From Wolbachia endosymbiont strain TRS of Brugia malayi (GTDB lineage Bacteria > Pseudomonadota > Alphaproteobacteria > Rickettsiales > Anaplasmataceae), in the NCBI RefSeq assembly GCF_000008385.1, contig NC_006833.1:450001-482000 (forward strand): a DNA stretch of 32,000 bases, in the 5' to 3' direction. Of the stretch, positions 8,460-17,480 are shown in pieces (positions within the stretch are counted from its first letter, which is position 1; each line of letters opens with the position of its first letter). Made by a program: the position numbers and the translations under genes. The notes under the pieces are model-generated. The model was not told where the DNA came from. It saw only the letters and a list, made by a program, of their open reading frames with translations, and ran no database searches.

Positions 8460-11400
8460 TTAACAATTTAGCTCAATACCAACAATTAAATCTTGGTATT
8501 CTTTAGAATAAAAATTGTCTCCAATTTCTATATTAATTTCTAAAGATAAGGAAAGAGTCTGCTCTCTTATATACTCACCCCACGTATTTATTGCTCTTTT
8601 AATTTTCTCATCTTCGGTTTTGATTATTACTCTGATTCTATCGGATATATGAAAGTCAGCTTGCTTTCTGGCTTCCTGAATAAGCCTTACAACATCTCTT
8701 GCAAGCCCCTCTAGAACCAGAGCATCATCTAAGGCAGTATTCAGGATAACAATCCCTTTGTTGTCACCAAACACAGAAGAGTATTCACTGTTCGTCTTTA
8801 ATAATAGCTCATATTCGTCTTTCTCTATAATGTAGCTTTCTGACTCATTGCCTAAAAATACTTGCTCATTATCAACTTGCTTCCATTTCCCCTCCTTGAC
8901 ATATTGAACTAGTTTCTTGACCTTGTCTGGAATTCTTTTCCCAAGCATAGGGAAGTTTAGTTTCAACTCCAATGATGCAATACCTTCAAGGCTATTTACT
9001 AATTTTAGCTCTTTCACGTTTACTTCATCTTTTATCATCTCTTGGTATTCATTCATGCTCGTTTTCATCTCGGCGTTTGACCATTTCTTCTCTTTCTGGG
9101 TCCCGGTGTCACGCATTGGGATGACAGGAGAGAATTTTGGAATAACAACAGAAAGTGGCTTACTTTCAAGAAAACTGCAGGAGGACTGATGATAAACGGT
9201 CATACTACCAAGTGGCTGTCTGACACGTATATTGAAAGTGTTTCTAATAGATAATGCAGAGTTGCATATTTCTCTTACCAAATCCATCTTGGCAATGAGT
9301 TCACTATCATACCTCTCTAACTGTGGAAAATCAGCCAAATGAACAGATATTTCTTTATACTTAAGCCCCTGCCATATAGTCTCTGTTATAAGTGGCAACA
9401 AAGGAACTGCGGCTCTTAATATGTAATAAAAAACCGTATATAGAACATTGTAAGCATCAGTTTTATCTTGGTCCAAGTTACTTTTCCAAAAACGCTCACG
9501 ACTGCGACGAATATACCAATTATTTAGTACTTCAAAAAAATCTATCAGAATTTTACAAGCTTCTTGGGAATTATAGTTGCTCATAGAAGCTTGGATACTT
9601 TCCACAGCCTCAAAGCATTTGAAAATCATGTAGGAATCAATAGTACTTTTATAGTCCTTACAAACTTCAGCTTTAATTCCGTCTGCGTTTGCGTACATGG
9701 TAAAAAAGTGATAACTATTCCAAATAGGTTTCATTACGTTTTTCAGAACGTCCCGTATTGAGCTTCCTTCTTTATTAAGGAATAAATTGCCACCACAAAC
9801 AATAGATCCAGAAAGCATAAGAAAACGCAGTGCATCAGAACCATATTTATCAAAAACCTCCATCGGGTCTGCATAATTATTTAAACGTTTGGATAATTTT
9901 TGTCCTTTTACATCGAGAACTACACCGTGACATATGCAGTTCTTAAATGGTTCACTGTCAAATAAAGCAGTGGATAACACAAAAAGCGTATAGAACCACC
10001 CTCTTGTTTGTGCTATATATTCAGTAATAAAATCTGCGGGGAAGTTACTCTCAAACCACTCTTTATTTTCGAACGGATAGTGAACTTGTGCAAATGGCAC
10101 CGAGCCAGATTCAAACCAACAGTCAAACACGTCAGGTACACGACGCATAATCGATTTTCCTGTTGGGTCATCAGGATTTGGTCTTGTTAAAGAATCAATA
10201 AATGGTCTGTGTAAATCATTCACTTTAACATTAAAATCTCTTTCTAATTCTGCTATTGAACCATATACATCCACCCTTGGATATCTTGCATTATCTGATT
10301 TCCATATAGGAATTGGCGTACCCCAAAACCGGTTGCGAGAAATCGACCAATCATGTGCTCTTTCAAGCCACTTTCCAAATTGACCATCTCTTATGTGAGT
10401 TGGTATCCAATTAACTCTCTTATTCAGCTCAATCATTCTCTCCTTGAACTTTGTTACAGCAACGTACCAAGAAGGCATAGCGCGATAAATCAAAGGAGTG
10501 TCAGTCCTCCAGCAGTGAGGATAATTGTGTATATATTGTTCAGTTTTGAACCAATTTCCTTGCTCTTTTAACTTCTTTATTATCGCATCATTGGTATCAA
10601 AAACGTGAATTCCTGTTAAATCTGAAACTTCAGCAGTAAATCTTCCACTGTTATCAATTGGACAAATGGCTGGAATATCATGGCTTTGACATAAGTAAAA
10701 ATCTTCTTCACCAAACCCAGGAGCAGTGTGTACAACACCAGTACCATCTTCTCCTGTAACATAATCAGCAATGAAAACACGAAATGCATTCTTCGTACCT
10801 TTAAAATAATTAAACAGTGGCTTATAAGAAAGACCTGCTAGGTCATCTGCTTTAAGTTTTGTATTGCAGTTTTCATATGGAATATTGTTTTGTTCACAAT
10901 GACCGATAAATTTTTCCAGGTAGTCTTCAGCAAAGATATATATCTCATTATTTACTAGACTTACTTCATTGTCCTCTGTTACCGTCTCAGTGCCTTCTTC
11001 TGTCATCCCAGTTCTTGACAGTGGGATCCAGGTTTCTTTTTCTCTAGATTCCAGTGTCACGTGCTGGAATGACACTGAAGAGTGAACTGACACTGCACAA
11101 TACTCAATATCTTTTCCTATCGCTAAAGCCAAGTTACTCGGCAACGTCCAAGGAGTTGTAGTCCAGGCAAGTAATTTACATTTTTGTTTAAACTGCTGTG
11201 GATTTTCTAAAAGCTCAAATGCAACAGTTACAGCTTTGCTAGTCTTTTTCCTATATGCAGTATCAAGCCTTGTTTCAAAATTAGATAACGGAGTTTCACA
11301 TGCCCAACTGTATGGAACAACGCGCACCGATTCATATACCAGACCTTTATCATAAAGCTGCTTAAACGCCCATATGACCGACTCCATGAATGACCTATCC

Positions 11401-11870
11401 ATGGTCTTATAGTCATTATGAAAATCTACCCACCTTGCCTGCCTATTTACATACTTTTCCCATTCTGATGAAAATTTCATCACAGAAGTACGGCAATAGT
11501 TATTGAATTTTTCAATGCCAAATTTTTCTATCTCAGTTCTGCCAGATATTCCAAGTTCCTTTTCTGCCCCCATCTCAGCTGGCAGCCCATGACAATCCCA
11601 ACCAAATCTACGTTCAACCTTTTTTTGAAGCATAGTTTGATATCTCGCAAATGCATCCTTTATGAAGCCAGTGAGTAAGTGCCCATAATGTGGAAGTCCA
11701 TTTGCAAATGGAGGTCCATCGTAAAAGACAAAACAATTATCCTTAGAACGTTTCTCAACTGACTGCTCAAAAATTTTGTTTTCCTGCCAAAATTTTATGA
11801 TTTCCTTTTCTAATGATGAAAAATCAGGGCTGCTTATTGTATCAGGGTAATGCTTTGGCTTCATGTTCAC
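8460..11870 (-). CDS. ileS: isoleucine--tRNA ligase (long, eukaryote-like type 2 form)
   Basis: 1136-aa ORF with the HIGH-type motif PHYGHLLTG, the KMSKS-type motif KLSKRL and the editing-domain motif TTPWTLPSN. Confidence 0.95.
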   Translation of the reverse strand: MNMKPKHYPDTISSPDFSSLEKEIIKFWQENKIFEQSVEKRSKDNCFVFYDGPPFANGLPHYGHLLTGFIKDAFARYQTMLQKKVERRFGWDCHGLPAEMGAEKELGISGRTEIEKFGIEKFNNYCRTSVMKFSSEWEKYVNRQARWVDFHNDYKTMDRSFMESVIWAFKQLYDKGLVYESVRVVPYSWACETPLSNFETRLDTAYRKKTSKAVTVAFELLENPQQFKQKCKLLAWTTTPWTLPSNLALAIGKDIEYCAVSVHSSVSFQHVTLESREKETWIPLSRTGMTEEGTETVTEDNEVSLVNNEIYIFAEDYLEKFIGHCEQNNIPYENCNTKLKADDLAGLSYKPLFNYFKGTKNAFRVFIADYVTGEDGTGVVHTAPGFGEEDFYLCQSHDIPAICPIDNSGRFTAEVSDLTGIHVFDTNDAIIKKLKEQGNWFKTEQYIHNYPHCWRTDTPLIYRAMPSWYVAVTKFKERMIELNKRVNWIPTHIRDGQFGKWLERAHDWSISRNRFWGTPIPIWKSDNARYPRVDVYGSIAELERDFNVKVNDLHRPFIDSLTRPNPDDPTGKSIMRRVPDVFDCWFESGSVPFAQVHYPFENKEWFESNFPADFITEYIAQTRGWFYTLFVLSTALFDSEPFKNCICHGVVLDVKGQKLSKRLNNYADPMEVFDKYGSDALRFLMLSGSIVCGGNLFLNKEGSSIRDVLKNVMKPIWNSYHFFTMYANADGIKAEVCKDYKSTIDSYMIFKCFEAVESIQASMSNYNSQEACKILIDFFEVLNNWYIRRSRERFWKSNLDQDKTDAYNVLYTVFYYILRAAVPLLPLITETIWQGLKYKEISVHLADFPQLERYDSELIAKMDLVREICNSALSIRNTFNIRVRQPLGSMTVYHQSSCSFLESKPLSVVIPKFSPVIPMRDTGTQKEKKWSNAEMKTSMNEYQEMIKDEVNVKELKLVNSLEGIASLELKLNFPMLGKRIPDKVKKLVQYVKEGKWKQVDNEQVFLGNESESYIIEKDEYELLLKTNSEYSSVFGDNKGIVILNTALDDALVLEGLARDVVRLIQEARKQADFHISDRIRVIIKTEDEKIKRAINTWGEYIREQTLSLSLEINIEIGDNFYSKEYQDLIVGIELNC
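9096..9126 (-). repeat. half palindromic element in frame in ileS
   Basis: The minus strand reads tgtcatcccaatgcgtgacaccgggacccag. It encodes PVIPMRDTGTQ. The same arm occurs at 11001-11031 (plus strand) and 4639-4669. Confidence 0.55.
11001..11080 (+). repeat. nested-palindrome repeat element inserted in frame in ileS (antisense to the gene)
   Basis: tgtcat-cccagttcttgacagtggga-tccagg...attccagtgtcacgtgctggaatgaca. Inner hairpins are atccca/tgggat and ttccag/ctggaa, with outer tgtcat/atgaca. The minus-strand frame stays open and encodes SVSFQHVTLESREKETWIPLSRTGMT. Confidence 0.75.
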
Positions 11871-11928
11871 TATTTAAAACTAAAAGGTATATAACTTTCT
11901 GGAAAATTACAAATTCAAAAAAACAAAT

Positions 11929-13293
11929 TCATTCCTGTAGTTCACGCCCTAATAGGCTATTTTGCCAAGCTTCCAATATCCTTACATTCACTATCTTATC
12001 TCTACATTTATCTTCAGGATCATCAATGCACACCGATTGCATATATGGGCTTTTACCAATAATTTGGTTTTGGTGTTTACCTTTTTTATTGCTAAATAGA
12101 ACAGGTATAGTTTTACCTACCATACTCTGGTTAAACTCAAGTTGTTGCTTATTAATCAACTTCTGTAAATGAAGGAGGCGTTCTGTTTTAACCTTTTCTG
12201 GTACCTGATCTTTTCTTTCTGCCCCTGGCGTACCTGGCCTTGTGCTGTATTTAAAGCTATAAGCCTGAGCATACCTAACTCTTTCCACTAATTTTATAGT
12301 CCCTTCAAAGTCTTTTTCGGTTTCTCCAGGAAAACCAACGATAAAGTCAGAGGAAAATTCGATTTTGGGTTTCAATTTGCGAAATCTTTCTATTATTTCT
12401 AAATATTCCTCTGTAGTGTATTTTCTGTTCATTGCACGCAATATCTTATTCGAACCTGACTGCACAGGCAGGTGAATAAATGGCATAAGTTTTGGTGCCT
12501 CCGCATGTGCCAAGTAAAGAGACTCATGCATATCCCTTGGGTGAGAAGTCGTATAGCGAATTCTTTCTAGTTTTTCAATTTTAGCAATATGACTAATTAA
12601 TTTTCCTAAATCCCACACTTCCCCTTCGTATTCGCCATGATAAGCATTAACGTTCTGACCAAGTAAATTGATTTCTTTTGCCCCATTTGCAACTAATTTC
12701 AATGCTTCACGGAATATTTCATTTACTGGACGTGAATATTCAGCTCCGCGAGTATATGGCACCACACAAAATGTACAAAACTTATCGCAACCCTCTTGTA
12801 TAGAAAGAAATGCAGAAGATCCTTGGCTATTACCATAGCATTCATCTGATAATCTATCAAACTTCATAACCTTAGGAAAATCAGTGTTTATCACATGACC
12901 TTTACTTCTGCTTGCTTTAACTATCAGCTCTGGCAGGGTAGTTATGCTCTGTGGGCCAACAACAATATCAACAAAAGGTGCTCTTCTAAATATTTCTTCT
13001 CCCTCTGCTTGTGCAACACATCCCGCTGCCACTATAGTAATTTCTTTATTTTTTCTTGATGAATGAATTTTCCCAAGCTCAGAATAAAGCTTTTCTGCTG
13101 CTTTCTCTCTAATATGACAGGTATTAAGTATTACCAAATCAGCTTTTTCTACATCATTAACAACGTTAAACCCCAAAGGTTTAATTATATTTTCCATTAA
13201 AATGGAGTCATAAACGTTCATTTGACAGCCATAAGTTTTGATATATAAGCTTTTCATGCTTTTATTATTTGGCATGTTTTTTAATCTTTTCAC
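11929..13293 (-). CDS. miaB: tRNA-2-methylthio-N6-dimethylallyladenosine synthase
   Basis: Contains the MTTase N-domain [14 protein letters not shown], the radical-SAM motif [15 protein letters not shown] and a C-terminal TRAM-like region. The true start may be the internal Met just before [10 protein letters not shown]. Confidence 0.9.
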   Translation of the reverse strand: MKRLKNMPNNKSMKSLYIKTYGCQMNVYDSILMENIIKPLGFNVVNDVEKADLVILNTCHIREKAAEKLYSELGKIHSSRKNKEITIVAAGCVAQAEGEEIFRRAPFVDIVVGPQSITTLPELIVKASRSKGHVINTDFPKVMKFDRLSDECYGNSQGSSAFLSIQEGCDKFCTFCVVPYTRGAEYSRPVNEIFREALKLVANGAKEINLLGQNVNAYHGEYEGEVWDLGKLISHIAKIEKLERIRYTTSHPRDMHESLYLAHAEAPKLMPFIHLPVQSGSNKILRAMNRKYTTEEYLEIIERFRKLKPKIEFSSDFIVGFPGETEKDFEGTIKLVERVRYAQAYSFKYSTRPGTPGAERKDQVPEKVKTERLLHLQKLINKQQLEFNQSMVGKTIPVLFSNKKGKHQNQIIGKSPYMQSVCIDDPEDKCRDKIVNVRILEAWQNSLLGRELQE

Positions 13294-13299
13294 TCTATA

Positions 13300-13525
13300 C
13301 GTAAATGTCTAAACACATGCACCGATATCGTTCCAGCACATGGCGCTGGTGTACTTATCACAAGTATGTATAATAGATTTTTATGGAATAATACAAAAAA
13401 CTCGATTCTAGTGTCAAGCACATAGCTGTACGAATATTGTAATTTTAGTCCACCAAGGTGGTGTCATTCTAGTGCCCCTTCTTGTCATTTAAGCAGTTGA
13501 CACTGGGATCTCACTTTTACACATT
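13300..13525. repeat. cluster of degenerate palindromic-element copies
   Basis: gttccagcacatggcgctggtgtac, gattctagtgtcaagcac, caccaaggtggtg and gtgtcattctagtgcc...cttgtcatttaagcagttgacactgggatctcac. These carry the same arms (gtcat, ccagtg, ttgacactgggat) as the ileS and alaS elements. Confidence 0.6.
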
Positions 13526-13528
13526 GGA

Positions 13529-13843
13529 CCACAAATATTAAGAAATTTATCAAGTAAAGAAAAAAGGTAAAAGGACTCCATATAGAAGTTGCTCACTCTC
13601 TAATCCTGTAAATTGCCGTACTATGCTGTCTTAAACGTTTTATAGGTGCGTTTCGATTTGTATAGGTAAAAACCTGAAATCTAGGTAAGATTTATAAAGG
13701 CATGAGGTGTACATAGTGCAAAAGTTAAAAAATAAGAAGCCAGCCCCGTTATACTCTTGTCGTTTAATCTGTACAGGTTGAGGATAAATAAACACCTTCA
13801 ATCTCATGATAAAGGATTGGTAAGGTTTATCAAGTAGTTTTTT
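13529..13843 (-). repeat. copy B of the ~300-bp intergenic repeat family
   Basis: All conserved blocks are present on the minus strand. TTGATA (13833-13828), a 16-nt spacer, then TATCAT (13811-13806). The palindromic box tgtacatagtgca is at 13708-13720. An 11-bp direct repeat tttatcaagta occurs at 13546-13556 and 13826-13836. The promoter end points towards miaB. Confidence 0.7.
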
Positions 13844-13877
13844 AGCCACATTTCTATAAACTACAAGAGAAGAAATA

Positions 13878-14516
13878 CTAGACTTTATACCTTTTGCACT
13901 CAAACTCACATAAATCATGAATTATGCATGTTTTACACGAGGGTTTTTGTGCTTTGCAAACATATCTACCATGTAAAACTAGCCAATGATGAGCATAGAG
14001 TAGGTATTTTTTTGGAACTACATTTAAAAGAGATTTCTCTGTTTTGAACACGTCTTTTTCTTTCACAAGGCCAATTTTATTGCTCACTCTAAAAACATGA
14101 GTATCAACTGCCAATGTTGGAATGCCAAGTCCCGAATTTAAAAATACATTAGCACTCTTTCTTCCAACTCCTGGCAAAGACACCAAGTCGTCAAAATTGG
14201 TAGGCACTTTACTAGTGTGCCGCTCAACTAATATTCTGCTGAGCTCAATTATGTTTTTTGCTTTGGAATTATATAAACCAATACTGCTTATGTGTTTCTT
14301 AAGCTCGCTCTGCCCAAGATTCAGCATCTTTTCTGGCGTATTAGCGATGCTAAATAGCTCTTTTGTAATTTTATTAACACTTACATCAGTTGTACGTGCA
14401 GATAGAACTATCGCAACCAGTAATGTAAAATGATTGGTATAACTTAGCTCTATTTTCGGTATAGGATTCGATTGCTTTAATTTCTCAAATATCAATTCTA
14501 TTTTTTCTGAATCCAT
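13878..14516 (-). CDS. nth: endonuclease III (DNA-(apurinic or apyrimidinic site) lyase)
   Basis: 212 aa with the HhH-GPD motif LPGVGRKSANV and the C-terminal 4Fe-4S ligand pattern CKAQKPSCKTCIIHDLC. Confidence 0.9.
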   Translation of the reverse strand: MDSEKIELIFEKLKQSNPIPKIELSYTNHFTLLVAIVLSARTTDVSVNKITKELFSIANTPEKMLNLGQSELKKHISSIGLYNSKAKNIIELSRILVERHTSKVPTNFDDLVSLPGVGRKSANVFLNSGLGIPTLAVDTHVFRVSNKIGLVKEKDVFKTEKSLLNVVPKKYLLYAHHWLVLHGRYVCKAQKPSCKTCIIHDLCEFECKRYKV

Positions 14517-14707
14517 GCATAGAGCTAAAACTTATACTATACTGTAATATCCTACCATATAAATCCAATTGTTCCATGGTTATGGTACTTAGTGTTAACA
14601 CCAGATACATTATGTTTACTTCATCAAAATTCCCTTTCAGCAAACTTGTTTGCCACTTCTGCAAAACACTTCCTAACAAGGGATATAATTATTGACATTA
14701 ACAGTTT

Positions 14708-15837
14708 TCATGTACCATACTCCCCTAACAGATCAGTTTCCTTTTGTACTCTATCTTTTGGACCTTCATCAAGTAAGTCTCTTGTATGCTTTTCAGCATA
14801 TATTTTACAACCTCTTGAGAAGACAGGAGCTAGCACTTCAATTAATATTGCTAATGCAAGCAGAGAACCAAGTATACCTACACCAACAGTTAATCCATTA
14901 GCAATAAAATTTGTTGTAAGTAAATAAACAGAAAAAGCAGCAATAAGATAGGTAAAAAGAGGTTTACTGCCTAGCGCAATATAGTTCATTTTGTTCATAA
15001 ACCCATAAGTAGAAATTTCACTATTTCCATACTTAGCCATATAATGGCTCGCTAACTTATAAACAACGTATTCACAAACAATATTAAATGCTACTATCCA
15101 CCATGACAAGTAACAGCCTACAGTAATGGTAGTTAATAGAGCTAAAGGTAAAGTGCTTTCTTTTCCGATATTTAGTAAAGCATTTTTACGCACTATAAAT
15201 TCTAACGTCAAGGCCTTTTTATCCTCTTCAACTGAACTTCCACCTTTTTCTAGGGAAACAATATAATTGGATAATTGTATATCTGGCTTTACTTAACATT
15301 GATTCAGTTCTTGTGTCAACTTTTTAATTTCTATCTCTTTTTTGAAGATACCTAAACTTGGATCTTGTAAAACTTTTCCATTTAACTTATAAGCTTAATC
15401 CAGTTTTTTAGTTTTCTTCAAACAAAAGGCCTTTACTCTTTAATATAGACATTAATTTTACGTAATTTTTCCAACTGCTTCTTCTTCAGTGATATTCAAT
15501 TTTTCAAATAATTTCTTTCTATAATGAAATTCACGTACTGTTGAACGCCCATCACCTTCAGCACTAACGTTAACTTTAACACAAGGATTTCCTAACTCTA
15601 AAGATTTAATATATTTTTCAGCTCTTCATAAGCCTGATAAATCTATATAAATCTATTTCCTTCTCCACCTTTATCAGAATGATCTACAAGTATCAATTTC
15701 CTATGCTGCTTCTTTAAAATTCTGCTAAGCTCTTCGTAATTCTTATCTACAACTTGCTCAGCCTTTATTTTCAATAAGCTAAACAAATCAGCTTTATCGC
15801 GAAACTACTGATTAGTTAATTTAAAATGTTCACTCAC
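14708..15837 (-). pseudogene. J-domain (DnaJ-like) membrane protein, disrupted
   Basis: Minus-strand reading gives ..NQ*FRDKADLFSLLKIKAEQVVDKNYEELSRILKKQHRKLILVDHSDKGGEGNRFI*IYQAYEELKN. This is a J-domain with HPD changed to HSD and two in-frame TAGs. A frameshift then leads to ELGNPCVKVNVSAEGDGRSTVREFHYRKKLFEKLNITEEEAVGKIT*. Further stops follow. The frame then opens into the 167-aa hydrophobic ORF (14708-15211), which lacks an ATG start. Confidence 0.6.
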
Positions 15838-15917
15838 TACTATATCCTATACAAACATTACGTGCTCTTAACATAATAAATTAAATATTGCATGGAGCTA
15901 AAACTCTCAACAATAAC

Positions 15918-17345
15918 TTAAGAAAAGAACCCTTCTTTCTCATCATACAAATACAACTTATCCATTCTCACCACATCAAAGCTATTTCTTTCAAGTTTGA
16001 TTAGCAGGTTGTTTACATCAATGTTTGTGATAGTTTTCTTTTCGTTATTTGCAATAAACCTGCAAGTTACTTGGTCACTCAAAGATTTTGAGTCTCCAGG
16101 CCAGATCGCCAGCCCTTTTGAGTATATTGCTATAACCTTTGGATTACTTGACTCAAATAATTTCACTATTTGATTAAAATTGCTGGATTTGTCCCAAGCG
16201 AGCGTTATGTCGCTACCAACCAGTTTCCTAACTTTATAGTCTTGTTCACAGTTACCTTGTATTTTACTAATTTTACTACTTACACCATTGCTAATTATAA
16301 GCTCAGGCAATATTCCAGGTTTCTTTCCTATATTATCTATAACAGCCTCTGCAAACTCTTTCGTACCAACTTTCTGTTTACTCTTCTTCTCTTTATACAA
16401 ATCAGCAGTGTGTATCCCATCCTCCAAAGTCTTTAGCCATGCATCGTGAACTAATTTTGCAACATCTGCCTGACCTATATAGATCAACATATGCACCGCG
16501 GCATTTAAAAGGCCAGAAGGATTAGCTATGTTTTTTCCTGCAATATTAGGAGCAGAACCATGAACTGCTTCAAACATTGCATATTCACTACCTATATTAC
16601 TACTTCCAGCAAGCCCTACAGAACCTGAGGTTTGTGCTACTATGTCTGACAATATATCGCCATATAGGTTCTCAGTTACTATAACATCGAAATTTTCAGG
16701 TTCTGTGGCAACACGTGCCATTCCAATGTCAACTATATAATGTTCTGCCTTTATATCTGGATATTCTTTTGCAATAGAATCAAATGCTGTATGGAAAATG
16801 CCATCAGTCATTTTCATTATGTTATCTTTAGTTAGGCAAGTTACTTTCTTCCTATTGTGTCTTTTTGCATAATTAAAAGCGTATCTGCATATTTTCTCTG
16901 AGCCAGATCTAGTAATAATTTTAGTGCACTGGTAGGAATTACCAGTAAGCCTATGCTCTATTCCTGTATAAACGTCCTCTTCATTTTCGCGTATCACTAC
17001 AATATCAAACCTATCGAATTTATTTTCTATAACAGGATGATATGAAGTGCATGGCCTGATGTTTGCATATAACCCTAGACTTTTTCTGAGTGCAACATTT
17101 AAGCTTTTGTGCCCTTTACCTTGTGAAGTTGTTGTCGGAGACTTGAGCAATACCTTTGTTCTTTCAATAGACTCCCAACCACTTGGAGAAATTCCGTAAG
17201 ACCATTCCTTATTATAAACACGCTCTCCTATTTCAATAACATCTATTGAAATCTTTGCCTCTGCTTCGCGCAGCATCGACAGCACCGCTTCCATAATTTC
17301 TGGCCCGATACCGTCACCATATGCAACTGTGATTGGTGTTGACAT
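15918..17345 (-). CDS. icd: isocitrate dehydrogenase
   Basis: 475 aa with ITVAYGDGIGPEIMEAV, the IRENEEDVYTG-type motif, and NLYGDILSD...GSVGLAGSSNIG...HGSAPNIAGKNIANP (isocitrate/isopropylmalate dehydrogenase signature). An extra C-terminal domain of about 130 aa is also present. Confidence 0.9.
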   Translation of the reverse strand: MSTPITVAYGDGIGPEIMEAVLSMLREAEAKISIDVIEIGERVYNKEWSYGISPSGWESIERTKVLLKSPTTTSQGKGHKSLNVALRKSLGLYANIRPCTSYHPVIENKFDRFDIVVIRENEEDVYTGIEHRLTGNSYQCTKIITRSGSEKICRYAFNYAKRHNRKKVTCLTKDNIMKMTDGIFHTAFDSIAKEYPDIKAEHYIVDIGMARVATEPENFDVIVTENLYGDILSDIVAQTSGSVGLAGSSNIGSEYAMFEAVHGSAPNIAGKNIANPSGLLNAAVHMLIYIGQADVAKLVHDAWLKTLEDGIHTADLYKEKKSKQKVGTKEFAEAVIDNIGKKPGILPELIISNGVSSKISKIQGNCEQDYKVRKLVGSDITLAWDKSSNFNQIVKLFESSNPKVIAIYSKGLAIWPGDSKSLSDQVTCRFIANNEKKTITNIDVNNLLIKLERNSFDVVRMDKLYLYDEKEGFFS

Positions 17346-17480
17346 AACTTCCCTAACTATAAGTGATTTTATATTAGTTCAAATAATAGGGCGGGTCAAT
17401 ATTATACAAATTAGTATATTTATAATTATTTAATAATGTGCTTTCATACTAATTATAACATCAGGAAACACGGGCAGTGC

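Noticed and set aside
8917-10571. Several 60-90-aa plus-strand ORFs inside ileS, and similar ORFs inside alaS, glyS, nuoG and hemB
   Set aside because: All are antisense or out of frame within strongly supported housekeeping genes, and none has motifs.
13640-13918. The 92-aa ORF here and the 67-aa ORF at 25792-25995 share FCTM(Y/C)TSCLYK and KKLLDK, suggesting a conserved small protein in the repeat family
   Set aside because: The equivalent frame is closed in copies A and D; for example copy D reads KKLLDKSCQPL*. Differences between copies include indels that are not multiples of three. The similarity is DNA-level repeat conservation and not coding.
14708-15211. 167-aa membrane ORF as an independent CDS
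   Set aside because: It has no ATG; the track start is a TTG. The open frame continues upstream into sequence that connects, through stops and a frameshift, to a J-domain. I annotated it as part of a pseudogene, though residual expression cannot be excluded.
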